This document shows, piece after piece, positions 46,371 through 54,671 of a DNA stretch of 64,000 bases (the stretch's first letter is position 1; every line of letters starts with the position of its first letter). The notes beneath the pieces are model-generated. The model ran no database searches. It saw nothing but the letters and a program-made list of their open reading frames with translations, and was not told the DNA's origin. The stretch is taken from positions 3,193 to 67,192 of the forward strand of contig JAGVZT010000001.1 of NCBI GenBank assembly GCA_018302335.1, in the 5' to 3' direction. The position numbers and the translations under genes were made by a program. Source of the DNA: Candidatus Woesearchaeota archaeon. GTDB lineage: Archaea; Nanobdellota; Nanobdellia; Woesearchaeales; JAGVZT01.

Positions 46371-46438
46371 CGGCCGCATTGCGGAGAATGTCCGTCATTC
46401 CGGTGAGACAACCCGGATATTGCGCGGCATTGCGGCCG
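46371..46438 (+). repeat. hairpin-forming intergenic element, copy C (most complete, with terminal inverted repeats)
   Basis: cggccgcattgcggagaatgtccgtcattccggtgagacaacccggatattgcgcggcattgcggccgag. The ends CGGCCGCATTGCGG and CGGCATTGCGGCCG are near reverse complements. Confidence 0.6.
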
Positions 46439-46500
46439 AGAAACGCCGACTACATCGCCCGGCGATAGGGTTTATATATGCCGTCCGCGCGTATATCCCC

Positions 46501-48666
46501 ATGAGGCGCGCGGGCATCCTCCTTGCATTCCTGCTCCTCGCGGGAAGCGCGGCCGCCGACTGCCGCGTGCTGAACGCCGACATCTTCCTCGCCGGAGACG
46601 TGGCGGACTGCTACATCGTCAATGCCCCGCTGCGCATCGATGGCCGCAACCACACCCTCATCGGCAGGGGGGGCATCGGCATCGACAACCGGGCGGGCCA
46701 CGGCCTGACTGTCGAGAACCTGCGGCTCACCAACGTCACGGTGGGGCTCTGGGCCAGGGGGATGCGCTTCTCCCTCCTGGATTCCATCCTGGTGGAGACG
46801 CTCGACGCGCCGAACAGCTACGGCGTCGTGCTCGAACAGAGCGAGGAGAACCTCCTCCAGCACAGCTCCATCGTGACGCGCGGGGCGTGGGGGCACGGCA
46901 TCGCCGTCTCCGGGGGGAGAAACAACCGCGTCCTCAACACCTCGGTGCGCACCCTGGGCCAGAGTGCGCATGGCGTGTTCATTCTGAGCTCGCGCGGGAA
47001 CCGCTTTGACGACCTCTCGATTGCTGCGCACGGCGACTCCATCGTGCTCGACCGCTCAAGCGGCAATCTCTTCGCCGGTGGAAGCGCAAGCGGCCAGGAG
47101 GCGCTCCTCGTCCTGCCGGGCTCCGCAGGAAACCGGCTGGAGGATGTCTCCCTTGATGGCCTGTCTCTCTCGGTGCATGAGATTGCCTCTCGCGCGCTCT
47201 ACCGCGATGTCACGGCGGTGCTGAAGCCAGGTCTCGTCGAGCTCACCACCGCGCTCGGGGTGCGGGAGCTCGGACAGGGCCTGGTGGACTTCTCTCTCGG
47301 CTATGAGGACACCCTCCGAGTCATGGAAGCAACCATCACCCTCTTTCAGTATGACCCCGCGCGTGGCGCGTGGTATGCCCTCTCCAATGAGCTGGACAGC
47401 GTGGGCAACACGGTCCGCTCGGGCAATCTCAGCTCTCCCGGGCTCTTTGTCCTGCTCGGTGAGGCCCCGCAGCCGGACCTCAGCGGGGTCTACCTTCCGG
47501 TCCGGGTCATCGGCGGACTGGACGTCGAGGTGTTCCTGAGCGGCCGCCGCGCTCCTGTCTTCCTCCGCCGGATGGAGAATGCATCCATCGTCATGACCAT
47601 CACCGAGGAGCAGAGGGAGCGGCTCGCGAACCGCAGCGGAGCGGCGTCTGACGGCTATGCCGTCCCGGGCTCGAGCGTGGAAATCATCAGGGAGCAGGGT
47701 GATGCTCCCGCAGAAAGCGAGGCCAGCGGGATGGAGAGCTATTTCGTTCCGACCGCCGGGAGGGACAACCAGACCGCCGCCAATCTCACCGGCAGTACGG
47801 AGCGTGCGGGCGCTTTCCCCTGGGTCGCGCTCCTGGCAATCGGAGCGGTCGTCACGGGCCTGCTCTACGCCGTGCTCCGGCGGAGCCGCGTGCGCGCGTC
47901 CTGGGATGACGCAGGTTCTGCGGACGCCGCGACGCTGGAAGGCGCTTCGACCGCGGAGAGCGCGCTGGAGCTCATGGCGGTCGAGGGGTCGCGCGACATA
48001 CTCGTCATGCAGGAAGGCCGTGCGCTTGGCATCCTCATGCGGCGCACCGTCGTCCGCGAGGTGGCTGCCGGACGGGACCCTCGGAGCATCCATGTCCGGG
48101 AGCTCGTCAGGCCGGTCCAGTCCGTGTCACCCGGTGCCTCCATGCGGGCTGTCCTGCGCATCGCCGTCCGGCAGGCTGCAACTCCCGTCCGGCGCGGGAG
48201 TGCAATCACCGGAGTACTGAGCAGGAGCGAGTTTCTCCGGCAGGTGGTGGAGATGCTGTCGCGCAGGCAGTTCCGACCCGGCGAGATTCCCTCAGCCAGC
48301 CAGGCGAGGGTCTACAACTACCTGACAGCCGACGGAAGCCAGCCGATGGGCACCCTTGTGGAGAAGATGGTGCAGGAGACGGCGGACTGCATCCTGGTGA
48401 TGGACGATGCGCATGTCACGGGCATCATCACGGACCGTGATATCCTCAAGGAGTACCTGCGAAGCCCCTCGGGGCTCCGGTCCGCCCTTGCGGAGCACAT
48501 CATGTGCAAGGGCGTGCTCACTGTCCAGAGCGCCGACACCGCGCTCCAGGCCGCCAGGGAACTGGTCGCGAGCGGAGTGCGCCGCGCCCCTGTCCTCTAC
48601 AAGGGGAAAGTGGTGGGAATCGTCACCGAGCGTTCCCTGTTGGTGGCACTCGATAGGCTGCTGTGA
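46501..48666 (+). CDS. membrane protein with extracellular right-handed beta-helix (pectate-lyase/NosD-like) domain and two cytoplasmic CBS pairs
   Basis: Signal MRRAGILLAFLLLAGSAAA; repeated NxxG/beta-helix rungs (GIGIDNRAGHGLTVENLRLTNVTVGL, GIAVSGGRNNRVLNTSV...); TM helix AFPWVALLAIGAVVTGLLYAVL; then four CBS motifs. TATA gggtttatatatg centred about 26 bp upstream (leaderless). Confidence 0.75.
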   Translation: MRRAGILLAFLLLAGSAAADCRVLNADIFLAGDVADCYIVNAPLRIDGRNHTLIGRGGIGIDNRAGHGLTVENLRLTNVTVGLWARGMRFSLLDSILVETLDAPNSYGVVLEQSEENLLQHSSIVTRGAWGHGIAVSGGRNNRVLNTSVRTLGQSAHGVFILSSRGNRFDDLSIAAHGDSIVLDRSSGNLFAGGSASGQEALLVLPGSAGNRLEDVSLDGLSLSVHEIASRALYRDVTAVLKPGLVELTTALGVRELGQGLVDFSLGYEDTLRVMEATITLFQYDPARGAWYALSNELDSVGNTVRSGNLSSPGLFVLLGEAPQPDLSGVYLPVRVIGGLDVEVFLSGRRAPVFLRRMENASIVMTITEEQRERLANRSGAASDGYAVPGSSVEIIREQGDAPAESEASGMESYFVPTAGRDNQTAANLTGSTERAGAFPWVALLAIGAVVTGLLYAVLRRSRVRASWDDAGSADAATLEGASTAESALELMAVEGSRDILVMQEGRALGILMRRTVVREVAAGRDPRSIHVRELVRPVQSVSPGASMRAVLRIAVRQAATPVRRGSAITGVLSRSEFLRQVVEMLSRRQFRPGEIPSASQARVYNYLTADGSQPMGTLVEKMVQETADCILVMDDAHVTGIITDRDILKEYLRSPSGLRSALAEHIMCKGVLTVQSADTALQAARELVASGVRRAPVLYKGKVVGIVTERSLLVALDRLL

Positions 48667-48764
48667 ATCCAGCGGGACGCGATGACGCGCGCTGCGTTGT
48701 CTCGCAGTGATTCGTTCTCAGCATCAGGCTGTCTCCATACTTTTCCTGCAACGCCCTGCCGACA

Positions 48765-48774
48765 CGTTTAAAAA
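48765..48774 (+). promoter_or_regulatory. TATA box for tRNA-Glu
   Basis: gtttaaaaag about 30 bp upstream of the mature tRNA 5-prime end. Confidence 0.55.
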
Positions 48775-48798
48775 GCACCTGCGCTTCCGCCACGGCAC

Positions 48799-48873
48799 GC
48801 CCTGGTGGTGTAGTCCGGTCAATCATTCCGCCCTCTCGAGGCGGAGACCCGGGTTCAAATCCCGGCCGGGGCA
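48799..48873 (+). tRNA. tRNA-Glu (anticodon CUC)
   Basis: GCCCTGG TG GTGTAGTCCGGTCAATCAT TCCGCC CTCTCGA GGCGGA GACCC GGGTTCAAATCCCGG CCGGGGC A closely matches archaeal tRNA-Glu (GUGUAGUCCGG.CAAUCAU; T-arm GGGUUCAAAUCCC). Anticodon loop is CU-CUC-GA. No CCA encoded. Confidence 0.9.
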
Positions 48874-48879
48874 TACCTA

Positions 48880-48887
48880 GTTTTTCT
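48880..48887 (+). terminator. oligo-T archaeal terminator after tRNA-Glu
   Basis: tttttctt seven nucleotides after the tRNA 3-prime end. Confidence 0.55.
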
Positions 48888-49028
48888 TACAAAGAAGGGC
48901 ATAACTCCGCAGCGCCACAACGCAAGAGATTGCTAACAGAACATCCTAACCAGGGTTATAGGTTCTGCTGCTGGATGATGAGTTACTTTAAATAACTTTA
49001 AATACTTTAAGTCATTATTGGTTAAAGT

Positions 49029-50405
49029 ATGGAACAGAGCCTTTTCAAGGAGCTTGCCGCACTGGATGAGGGCGCCTCGCTTGAATTCAAGCGGTCCCTT
49101 TCTGATTCCGACAAGATATGCCAGACAATCTGCGCCTTTGCCAACACCACGGGCGGCCTCGTCGTCTTCGGCATACAGAAGCAGGGAAGAAAGCCTATCT
49201 TCGCCGGGATAGGAGATACGGACGCAGCGCAGAGGGAACTCCAGAACTGGATTCACAACAATCTCAGGCCGCAGCTCCGCTACAGCCTTGACACCGCCCG
49301 CTTGGAAGGCAGGCAGTTCGTGCTGCTCACCATCGAGCCGCTTCCCCTCTCCGAGATATGCTCGTTCAAGCATGGCGTCTGGCGGAGGTCGGGCTCTGCG
49401 AATATCGAGCTTTCAGGGGAGCATCTCGTCACCTTCCTGCGCGAGAGGGGCATGCTGTCCTTTGAGGAGCTGCACTCCCCTGCCCGCCTGGGGGACATGG
49501 ATACCGGGAAGATTAGGAATCTCCTCCGTGCGAGGCGCGTCGTGCCGGAAGAGCATGAGCCAATCAACTACCGGACAGTCCTTGAGAGCATGGGTGTTGC
49601 GGTCACCCTTGACAGGTTCATCCTCAAGAAGTCCGCACCCCTCTTCTTCGCGAAGGATGTATCGAAATTCCAGCCCAACTGCGAAGTCAGGATTGTAAGG
49701 TTCCGGGGCGGCGAGCATACCCTCGAGGCGAAGGATGAGGACAAACGGCATGTGGACACGATACCGGAACTCCTGCGGACGGCATTCGATGCTATCATCC
49801 GGATGGTCGGTGCAGTTTCTGCCATCAAGCACGGCCAGAGGGCCGACATCCCCGCCCTCCCCGCTGAGGTGGTCAGAGAGGCGCTGACCAATGCGGTCGG
49901 CCATCGCGATTATATCGACCCCAATGGGATTCTCGTGGAGGTATATGACGACAGGCTGCAGATTACGAATCCTGGCAGCCTGCTCTCCGGCCAGACCATC
50001 AAGAACTTTGCTGACACAAGGCGCCACCGCAACCCTACTGTGCACAGGCTGCTGAATGATGCTGGCTGGGGGGAAGGCCTGTACTTCGGCATCAAGCTGA
50101 TGTACCGCAAGATGCGGGAGGGTGGCTTTCCCGACCCCGAGTTCCAGGACCTGGGCGGCTATTTCAGGGTTGTCCTTCACACTGCACGGTCGCACAGGAA
50201 GCGGAAACCGATGGATGTGGTGAACGAGCGCCAGGCGAAGGCGATAGCCTACCTGGAGAGGCACAAGTCAATCCGCACCAGCGAGTATGCACGCATCGTA
50301 GAAGTCTCCACCGTCACAGCAGTGAAGGACCTCAACGAGCTCGTCCGGCAGGGAAGGCTGAAGAAAGTTGGGACATACCGCGGCGCCCACTACACGAAGT
50401 CGTAG
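49029..50405 (+). CDS. AlbA_2 (Schlafen-like DNA-binding) plus HATPase_c_4 (RecG-C-terminal-like) domain protein with C-terminal wHTH
   Basis: N-terminal EGASLEFKRSL...ICAFANTTGGLVVFGI (AlbA_2 signature), central REALTNAVGHRDY...ITNPG (HATPase_c_4) and a C-terminal HTH. Lower-GC flank with repeated ACTTTAAATA upstream; immediately downstream of tRNA-Glu. Confidence 0.75.
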   Translation: MEQSLFKELAALDEGASLEFKRSLSDSDKICQTICAFANTTGGLVVFGIQKQGRKPIFAGIGDTDAAQRELQNWIHNNLRPQLRYSLDTARLEGRQFVLLTIEPLPLSEICSFKHGVWRRSGSANIELSGEHLVTFLRERGMLSFEELHSPARLGDMDTGKIRNLLRARRVVPEEHEPINYRTVLESMGVAVTLDRFILKKSAPLFFAKDVSKFQPNCEVRIVRFRGGEHTLEAKDEDKRHVDTIPELLRTAFDAIIRMVGAVSAIKHGQRADIPALPAEVVREALTNAVGHRDYIDPNGILVEVYDDRLQITNPGSLLSGQTIKNFADTRRHRNPTVHRLLNDAGWGEGLYFGIKLMYRKMREGGFPDPEFQDLGGYFRVVLHTARSHRKRKPMDVVNERQAKAIAYLERHKSIRTSEYARIVEVSTVTAVKDLNELVRQGRLKKVGTYRGAHYTKS

Positions 50406-50564
50406 GTTGCTTTAAGGATTTTAAGCCTTAAAGTTCTTGGAGTAAGTTAAAGTGCTGTGAGCCATCGGCTGAAACGACATACACTCCTGGGAAAGTGAAT
50501 CCCTAACCTAACTTCGTAAACAGAACATCCTAAACTTATGTTAGTAATCCCGGCCGGGGCATAC

Positions 50565-50981
50565 TCACAGGTCCTTCAGATATGCCTCCGTGAGGGTGCG
50601 GATGAGTTTCTGGATTCCTTCAGCGTGCTCCGCCACTTCCGCTACGGAAATGTTCTGACCATAGTAGTTGATCCGGTTCCTGATGCGTCTGAAGCGGTCA
50701 TACTTTTCTGCTGCCAGCGACTCGCCCTTCTCCTTGAGATAGAAGGTGAACGCCTCATGGGAATAGACCTTGTAGCCATCCAGCACGGCCATTGCCTCTA
50801 CGATGGCTCTCAAGGTGTCGTAGTAATTGCTCATCATCTTGCGCGCGGCCTTTTCGTCCAGGGGGACGGTATCGAGGAACGCCAGGTCCTCGTGTGCGGT
50901 GGTCAGAAGCGATCTTGCGAGCTGGACGTCGCGGGATGATTTCCTGACAGAGCCGCTCTTCAGGAAATCCGAGAACGTCAC
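50565..50981 (-). CDS. HEPN-domain protein (putative toxin of a HEPN/MNT pair)
   Basis: 138-aa all-helical protein with the C-terminal R..RN..NYYG region typical of the HEPN superfamily. ATGA overlap with the upstream MNT gene, the canonical MNT-HEPN arrangement. Confidence 0.55.
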   Translation of the reverse strand: MTFSDFLKSGSVRKSSRDVQLARSLLTTAHEDLAFLDTVPLDEKAARKMMSNYYDTLRAIVEAMAVLDGYKVYSHEAFTFYLKEKGESLAAEKYDRFRRIRNRINYYGQNISVAEVAEHAEGIQKLIRTLTEAYLKDL

Positions 50982-51520
50982 AAGAAGACCTCCCAGAAAC
51001 CATGGAGCACCACGCCATTCACGAAATTGTTCAGCAACTCCATATTCTGGTCCTTCAGTCTGTCAATCTCCTGCCTGGAATGCACGAACAACTGAATTTC
51101 CTGGCCTATCTTCTTCTCGAAGGCCGAAACATCAGCAGTCCTCTTCGCGGGAGTGATAATAAGCAGGTCGACATCGCTCTGCGGGGTGCTCTCGCCTTTC
51201 CTGCATGAACCGAAGAGCACGATGGCCTCAGGATTGTTGAATCGGTCAATCAGGTAATCAATGAGTCCGGAGGACCACAGCTGCTCAATGTGGAAGCAGA
51301 GTTTCCGGTGACGATAAAGGGGATTCTGGGCATTTGCCCTGAATACCTGTGCCTGGAGCCTTTTCTCACGGACCAGAAGTCCCTGCCTCTCCAGGCTGCG
51401 AAGGTACTTCGAGGCTGTCGTTGGAGAGATGCCCAGTCTCAGCGCAAGGTTACGTACATGGAACTCGGTCCCGGGATCGCGGAGGAAGGTTTCGAGCAGC
51501 CTGTTGTGGTTTCTGTCCAT
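50978..51520 (-). CDS. minimal nucleotidyltransferase (MNT) with N-terminal wHTH
   Basis: LFGSCRKGESTPQSDVDLLI is the GS-x9-DxD nucleotidyltransferase signature; the N-terminal HVRNLALRLGISPTTASKYLRSLERQGLL is a wHTH. Confidence 0.7.
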   Translation of the reverse strand: MDRNHNRLLETFLRDPGTEFHVRNLALRLGISPTTASKYLRSLERQGLLVREKRLQAQVFRANAQNPLYRHRKLCFHIEQLWSSGLIDYLIDRFNNPEAIVLFGSCRKGESTPQSDVDLLIITPAKRTADVSAFEKKIGQEIQLFVHSRQEIDRLKDQNMELLNNFVNGVVLHGFWEVFL

Positions 51521-51546
51521 TTTTTAGGGTAACTGTTCATCTTGTT

Positions 51547-51567
51547 GGACAGTTGTCCATATAAATG
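51547..51567 (-). promoter_or_regulatory. palindrome GGACA-GT-TGTCC abutting a TATA box upstream of the HTH-MNT gene
   Basis: ggacagttgtccatataaatg on the plus strand; on the coding strand it reads catttatatgGACAACTGTCC, about 30-45 bp upstream of ATG 51520. A likely autoregulatory operator. Confidence 0.4.
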
Positions 51568-51692
51568 TTTTGGTCTCTGAGGCGCCCATTGCTGGGGTCG
51601 GCGGTGAACTCGGATTCCGGTCGGGGCATGGTTCACCGCCGTGGACACCAGGCAGCGCAATAGTTAATAAGCACCGTCCCCGACTGAGCGGC

Positions 51693-51848
51693 ATGACCAA
51701 GAGAACACTGGCATCGTACGAGAAGCCGTTGCCGAGGCAGGTCAAGAGGAGCACGGAAGGGACATGCCCCTATTGCCACAAGCATGTCCAGGCCCTGGAG
51801 CTTCATATCCATGACAAGCACCTGCGGGAAAAGCGGGTCAGGCGCTGA
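51693..51848 (+). CDS. 51-aa C2H2-type zinc-finger mini-protein
   Basis: MTKRTLASYEKPLPRQVKRSTEGTCPYCHKHVQALELHIHDKHLREKRVRR has CxxC-x12-HxxxH. TATA gttaataagc centred 26 bp upstream of the ATG (leaderless). The track ORF is longer (from 51570). Confidence 0.45.
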   Translation: MTKRTLASYEKPLPRQVKRSTEGTCPYCHKHVQALELHIHDKHLREKRVRR

Positions 51849-51928
51849 ACGCGAGCTCATCCCGTGCCGGTCCCCGCTGTCGATGGAAACTCTCCTGGAA
51901 ACCCTTAAGAACCCGGCCGATTCCATGA

Positions 51929-52669
51929 GTGGCATCTTGGACAGGAATGCATGAGACCATCGTCGCGGTGGCGGACAGCGCGGTCCGCATCCTTTCCCCG
52001 TGGAAGCTGGACCTCTCACGCTACTACGAGACTGCGGAATCGTCCGAGCTGAGCATCATCTTGCAGGACGCGGACAGCTATTCCGCGGTGTTCGAGCCTC
52101 CATACCGGGAGCTGCGCTGCTCCACTCCAGGGAACCTGGAGCAACTGGCGCGGCAGCTGGCGCTCTATCTCGGCTGCTTCCACTCGGAGCGCTACCAGGC
52201 GGTGCACGGTTGCGGACTCGTCGCGGATGGAGCCGGGATCCTCTTCTCCGGCAATTCCGGCTCCGGGAAATCGCTCATGCGCGAGCTGCACCCCCGTGCG
52301 CAGGTCCTCGATGATGATATCCTGATGCTGGATACGCTCGGGGGGAGGATGCTGGTGACAGGAAAGCGCGGGACCGTGACCGATGAAGTGGAGACGGCCC
52401 GCATCCTGGTCGAGCCTCGAAGTCCGCTGCGCGAGGCAACGCTCGACCTTGTGGTGCTGCTGGACAGCGCGCTGCCGAGCGGACATCTGGAGCGGAGAGA
52501 GGCGATTCCCAGGAGCTATGCGAAGCTGGACGCCCTGCCGGACGTGCTGCAGTCGGCCTACTGCGCGCTGCCGGACATAGAGAGCACGGTTCCGGTGCAT
52601 CTACTGGGAACGAAAGGAAAGCGGAGGGAGCTGCTCGCTGAGGCAGTGCGCTCCCTCATGTCGCGTTGA
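51929..52669 (+). CDS. P-loop protein resembling the HPr-kinase/phosphorylase C-terminal domain
   Basis: GCGLVADGAGILFSGNSGSGKS resembles the HprK-C pattern [24 protein letters not shown]. No further assignment. Confidence 0.5.
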   Translation: MASWTGMHETIVAVADSAVRILSPWKLDLSRYYETAESSELSIILQDADSYSAVFEPPYRELRCSTPGNLEQLARQLALYLGCFHSERYQAVHGCGLVADGAGILFSGNSGSGKSLMRELHPRAQVLDDDILMLDTLGGRMLVTGKRGTVTDEVETARILVEPRSPLREATLDLVVLLDSALPSGHLERREAIPRSYAKLDALPDVLQSAYCALPDIESTVPVHLLGTKGKRRELLAEAVRSLMSR

Positions 52670-54581
52670 GTATCTCCTTCCGCAGGCGCTCAATCTCCTT
52701 CAGGAGCAGCTGTCTCGTCGGGCCCGCAGAGCCCTTGTACAGCTCGTTCGCGAGATGGTAGAGCTCCTTCACTCCGGGCTCGCGGGAGCGGACTCTCCGG
52801 GAGATTTCCTCCGAGATGGCCCGCGCCAGGCTCACCGCGTCCGCCGCTGCCGAGGCCGCCGCGCTGTTGTACCGCTCGAGTTGCTTCCTCACCGCGTCAG
52901 GTGCGCCTTCCACCGAGACAGCGCCGCCGACCTGCGAAAGGGTAATCCGCTTGGCCGGTTCCGGGCGCTTCTGCCGGGAGAGCTCCTCCTCCCTCTTCCG
53001 GAGCGCGGCTTTCAGCGAGGCTACCTCCTGCTCGTTCTTCGGCATGCTAGCCTGGGCGGAGCGCGCAGCTCGCTGCAGCTGCGCTTTCTTCTTCTCGAGG
53101 GATGGCAGCGCGGCGTTGAGGGCGACCAGCCGCTCCCGAAGACGGGCCTGCTGTGCCCGGAGAGCTGCGCTCTGCTGGGCAAGCCGTTCCTTCAGTACCT
53201 GCAGCTTCCGCACCTCGGCGTGTGCCGAGCGTAAGACGGTATCCTGTCGGGAGACCAGCGCGCCCTGGGCCTGGGCGCGCCGTGAGGCGTCCGCTTCCTT
53301 CTTCCGAAGCGCCGAGACTGATGAGCCTAGAGCCCTTTCCCGGCCGCGCAGGGATGCGATATGCGAGAGAGCGGAGTGTGCCTTGCGTTTCTCGGCCGAG
53401 GCCGCCGCGAGGGCGGCACGATGCCTGCGCTCCATCGCGGTCAGCCTGTGGCGGAGCGAGGTCAGGAGGGCTTTCCCCTTCGTGAAATCCCGAGAGGAGC
53501 GGAGAGCCGCATTGCGCTGAGATGCAAGCTCGCGCCGCAGTGCGTCCAGCTCGCTCTGTTTCTGCGCGGCCTTCTTCTCGACCGACGCTGCGTCCTTGCG
53601 CTCCATGCGGGCCGCGGAGGCGTTCTGCCGCATCTGTGCCCTGGTCTCCTTCAGCCGGGCTTCCATCTGGACAAGGCGCTCCTGGCGCTCGTTGAGCATG
53701 GTCCGCGCGTGCTTCAGGTCCTGGCCGGCGCTGACCAGCGCGGCATTCCGGCCGTCGACGGCACGCCTCGCCGCGGAGAGCTTGTTGGATAGCTCCTTCC
53801 GCTTGGCTTCGAGGGATGCAAGGCGCTGATGCTCGTCCGTCTCCTCCTTGCGTGCGGCGAGGAGCTGCTGTCTGGCCTCCTCGAGGGAAAGACGGAGCTT
53901 CTCTTTCTCCTTCCGGAGCCTGTCCGCGTCGGTGGCGAGCTGGGCGTGATGCCGCTCGGCATCCTTCAGGGACTCTTCCTGTGCGGCGATGTGCGCCCGC
54001 AAGGATGACTCCTCTTGCTTGAGTCGCTCATCCTTCTCCTCATGGCGCTGGCCGAGCACATGGAGCTTCTCGCGCGCTGAGCCGAGCTCCTTCTGCAGGG
54101 CGGCGAGCGCGGCCTTCTTTTCGGAGAGATCCTTCTCCGCTGAGTCCGTCTGCTTGGATGCGGAGAGGAACTCCTTCTCCCGAGCATCCGTGCGCTTCTG
54201 CAGCCCCTCGGATTTCCTCTTCAGGCCGGCAATCCGGCGCTCGAGGCGCTGCTCCTCATCGCGGGAAGCGGCCATCTGCTCCCCGAGTGCCGCAAGCTGT
54301 GCTTCCTCGCGGCGCTTCTCCTCCTGGAACGCCGACTTCTGCCCGGCAAGCGCCTTCTCCTTCCTGGCAAGCGCTTCGTCCAGCGCGGAGAGGCGCTGCT
54401 GCTTCTCGTCCTTCTCCCGCTCCAGGCGCCTGATATGCGCCTCCCGGGAGGAGAGCTCCTTCTGCAGGCCGTCAATCTCGCGCGTGACCGAGGACAGGTA
54501 CTCCTCCAGAACCCGGACGTCGCCCTCGATGAGAGAGTGCATCTCCTTGAAACTCTCGAGCGGGCCCGGCATGCCTCCCAC
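52656..54581 (-). CDS. 641-aa coiled-coil protein (SMC/myosin-tail-like heptad repeats)
   Basis: More than 500 aa of continuous E/K/R/A/L/Q-rich heptads (LQKELSSREAHIRRLEREKDEKQQRLSAL...). Short non-coiled N- and C-termini. GTG start. Confidence 0.7.
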   Translation of the reverse strand: MGGMPGPLESFKEMHSLIEGDVRVLEEYLSSVTREIDGLQKELSSREAHIRRLEREKDEKQQRLSALDEALARKEKALAGQKSAFQEEKRREEAQLAALGEQMAASRDEEQRLERRIAGLKRKSEGLQKRTDAREKEFLSASKQTDSAEKDLSEKKAALAALQKELGSAREKLHVLGQRHEEKDERLKQEESSLRAHIAAQEESLKDAERHHAQLATDADRLRKEKEKLRLSLEEARQQLLAARKEETDEHQRLASLEAKRKELSNKLSAARRAVDGRNAALVSAGQDLKHARTMLNERQERLVQMEARLKETRAQMRQNASAARMERKDAASVEKKAAQKQSELDALRRELASQRNAALRSSRDFTKGKALLTSLRHRLTAMERRHRAALAAASAEKRKAHSALSHIASLRGRERALGSSVSALRKKEADASRRAQAQGALVSRQDTVLRSAHAEVRKLQVLKERLAQQSAALRAQQARLRERLVALNAALPSLEKKKAQLQRAARSAQASMPKNEQEVASLKAALRKREEELSRQKRPEPAKRITLSQVGGAVSVEGAPDAVRKQLERYNSAAASAAADAVSLARAISEEISRRVRSREPGVKELYHLANELYKGSAGPTRQLLLKEIERLRKEILNAT

Positions 54582-54606
54582 TGGGAAGGCATGGTTTAAA
54601 TAGATT

Positions 54607-54668
54607 TCTCAGCAGCCGGCCGCGATACCGTGCGACGCCGGCATGCCGGACATTCTCCGCAAAGCGGC
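54607..54668 (-). repeat. hairpin-forming intergenic element, copy G (reverse orientation)
   Basis: rc of 54640-54668 is gcggccgctttgcggagaatgtccgg..., matching copy C. Lies between two co-directional genes of the minus-strand operon. Confidence 0.55.
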
Positions 54669-54671
54669 CGC

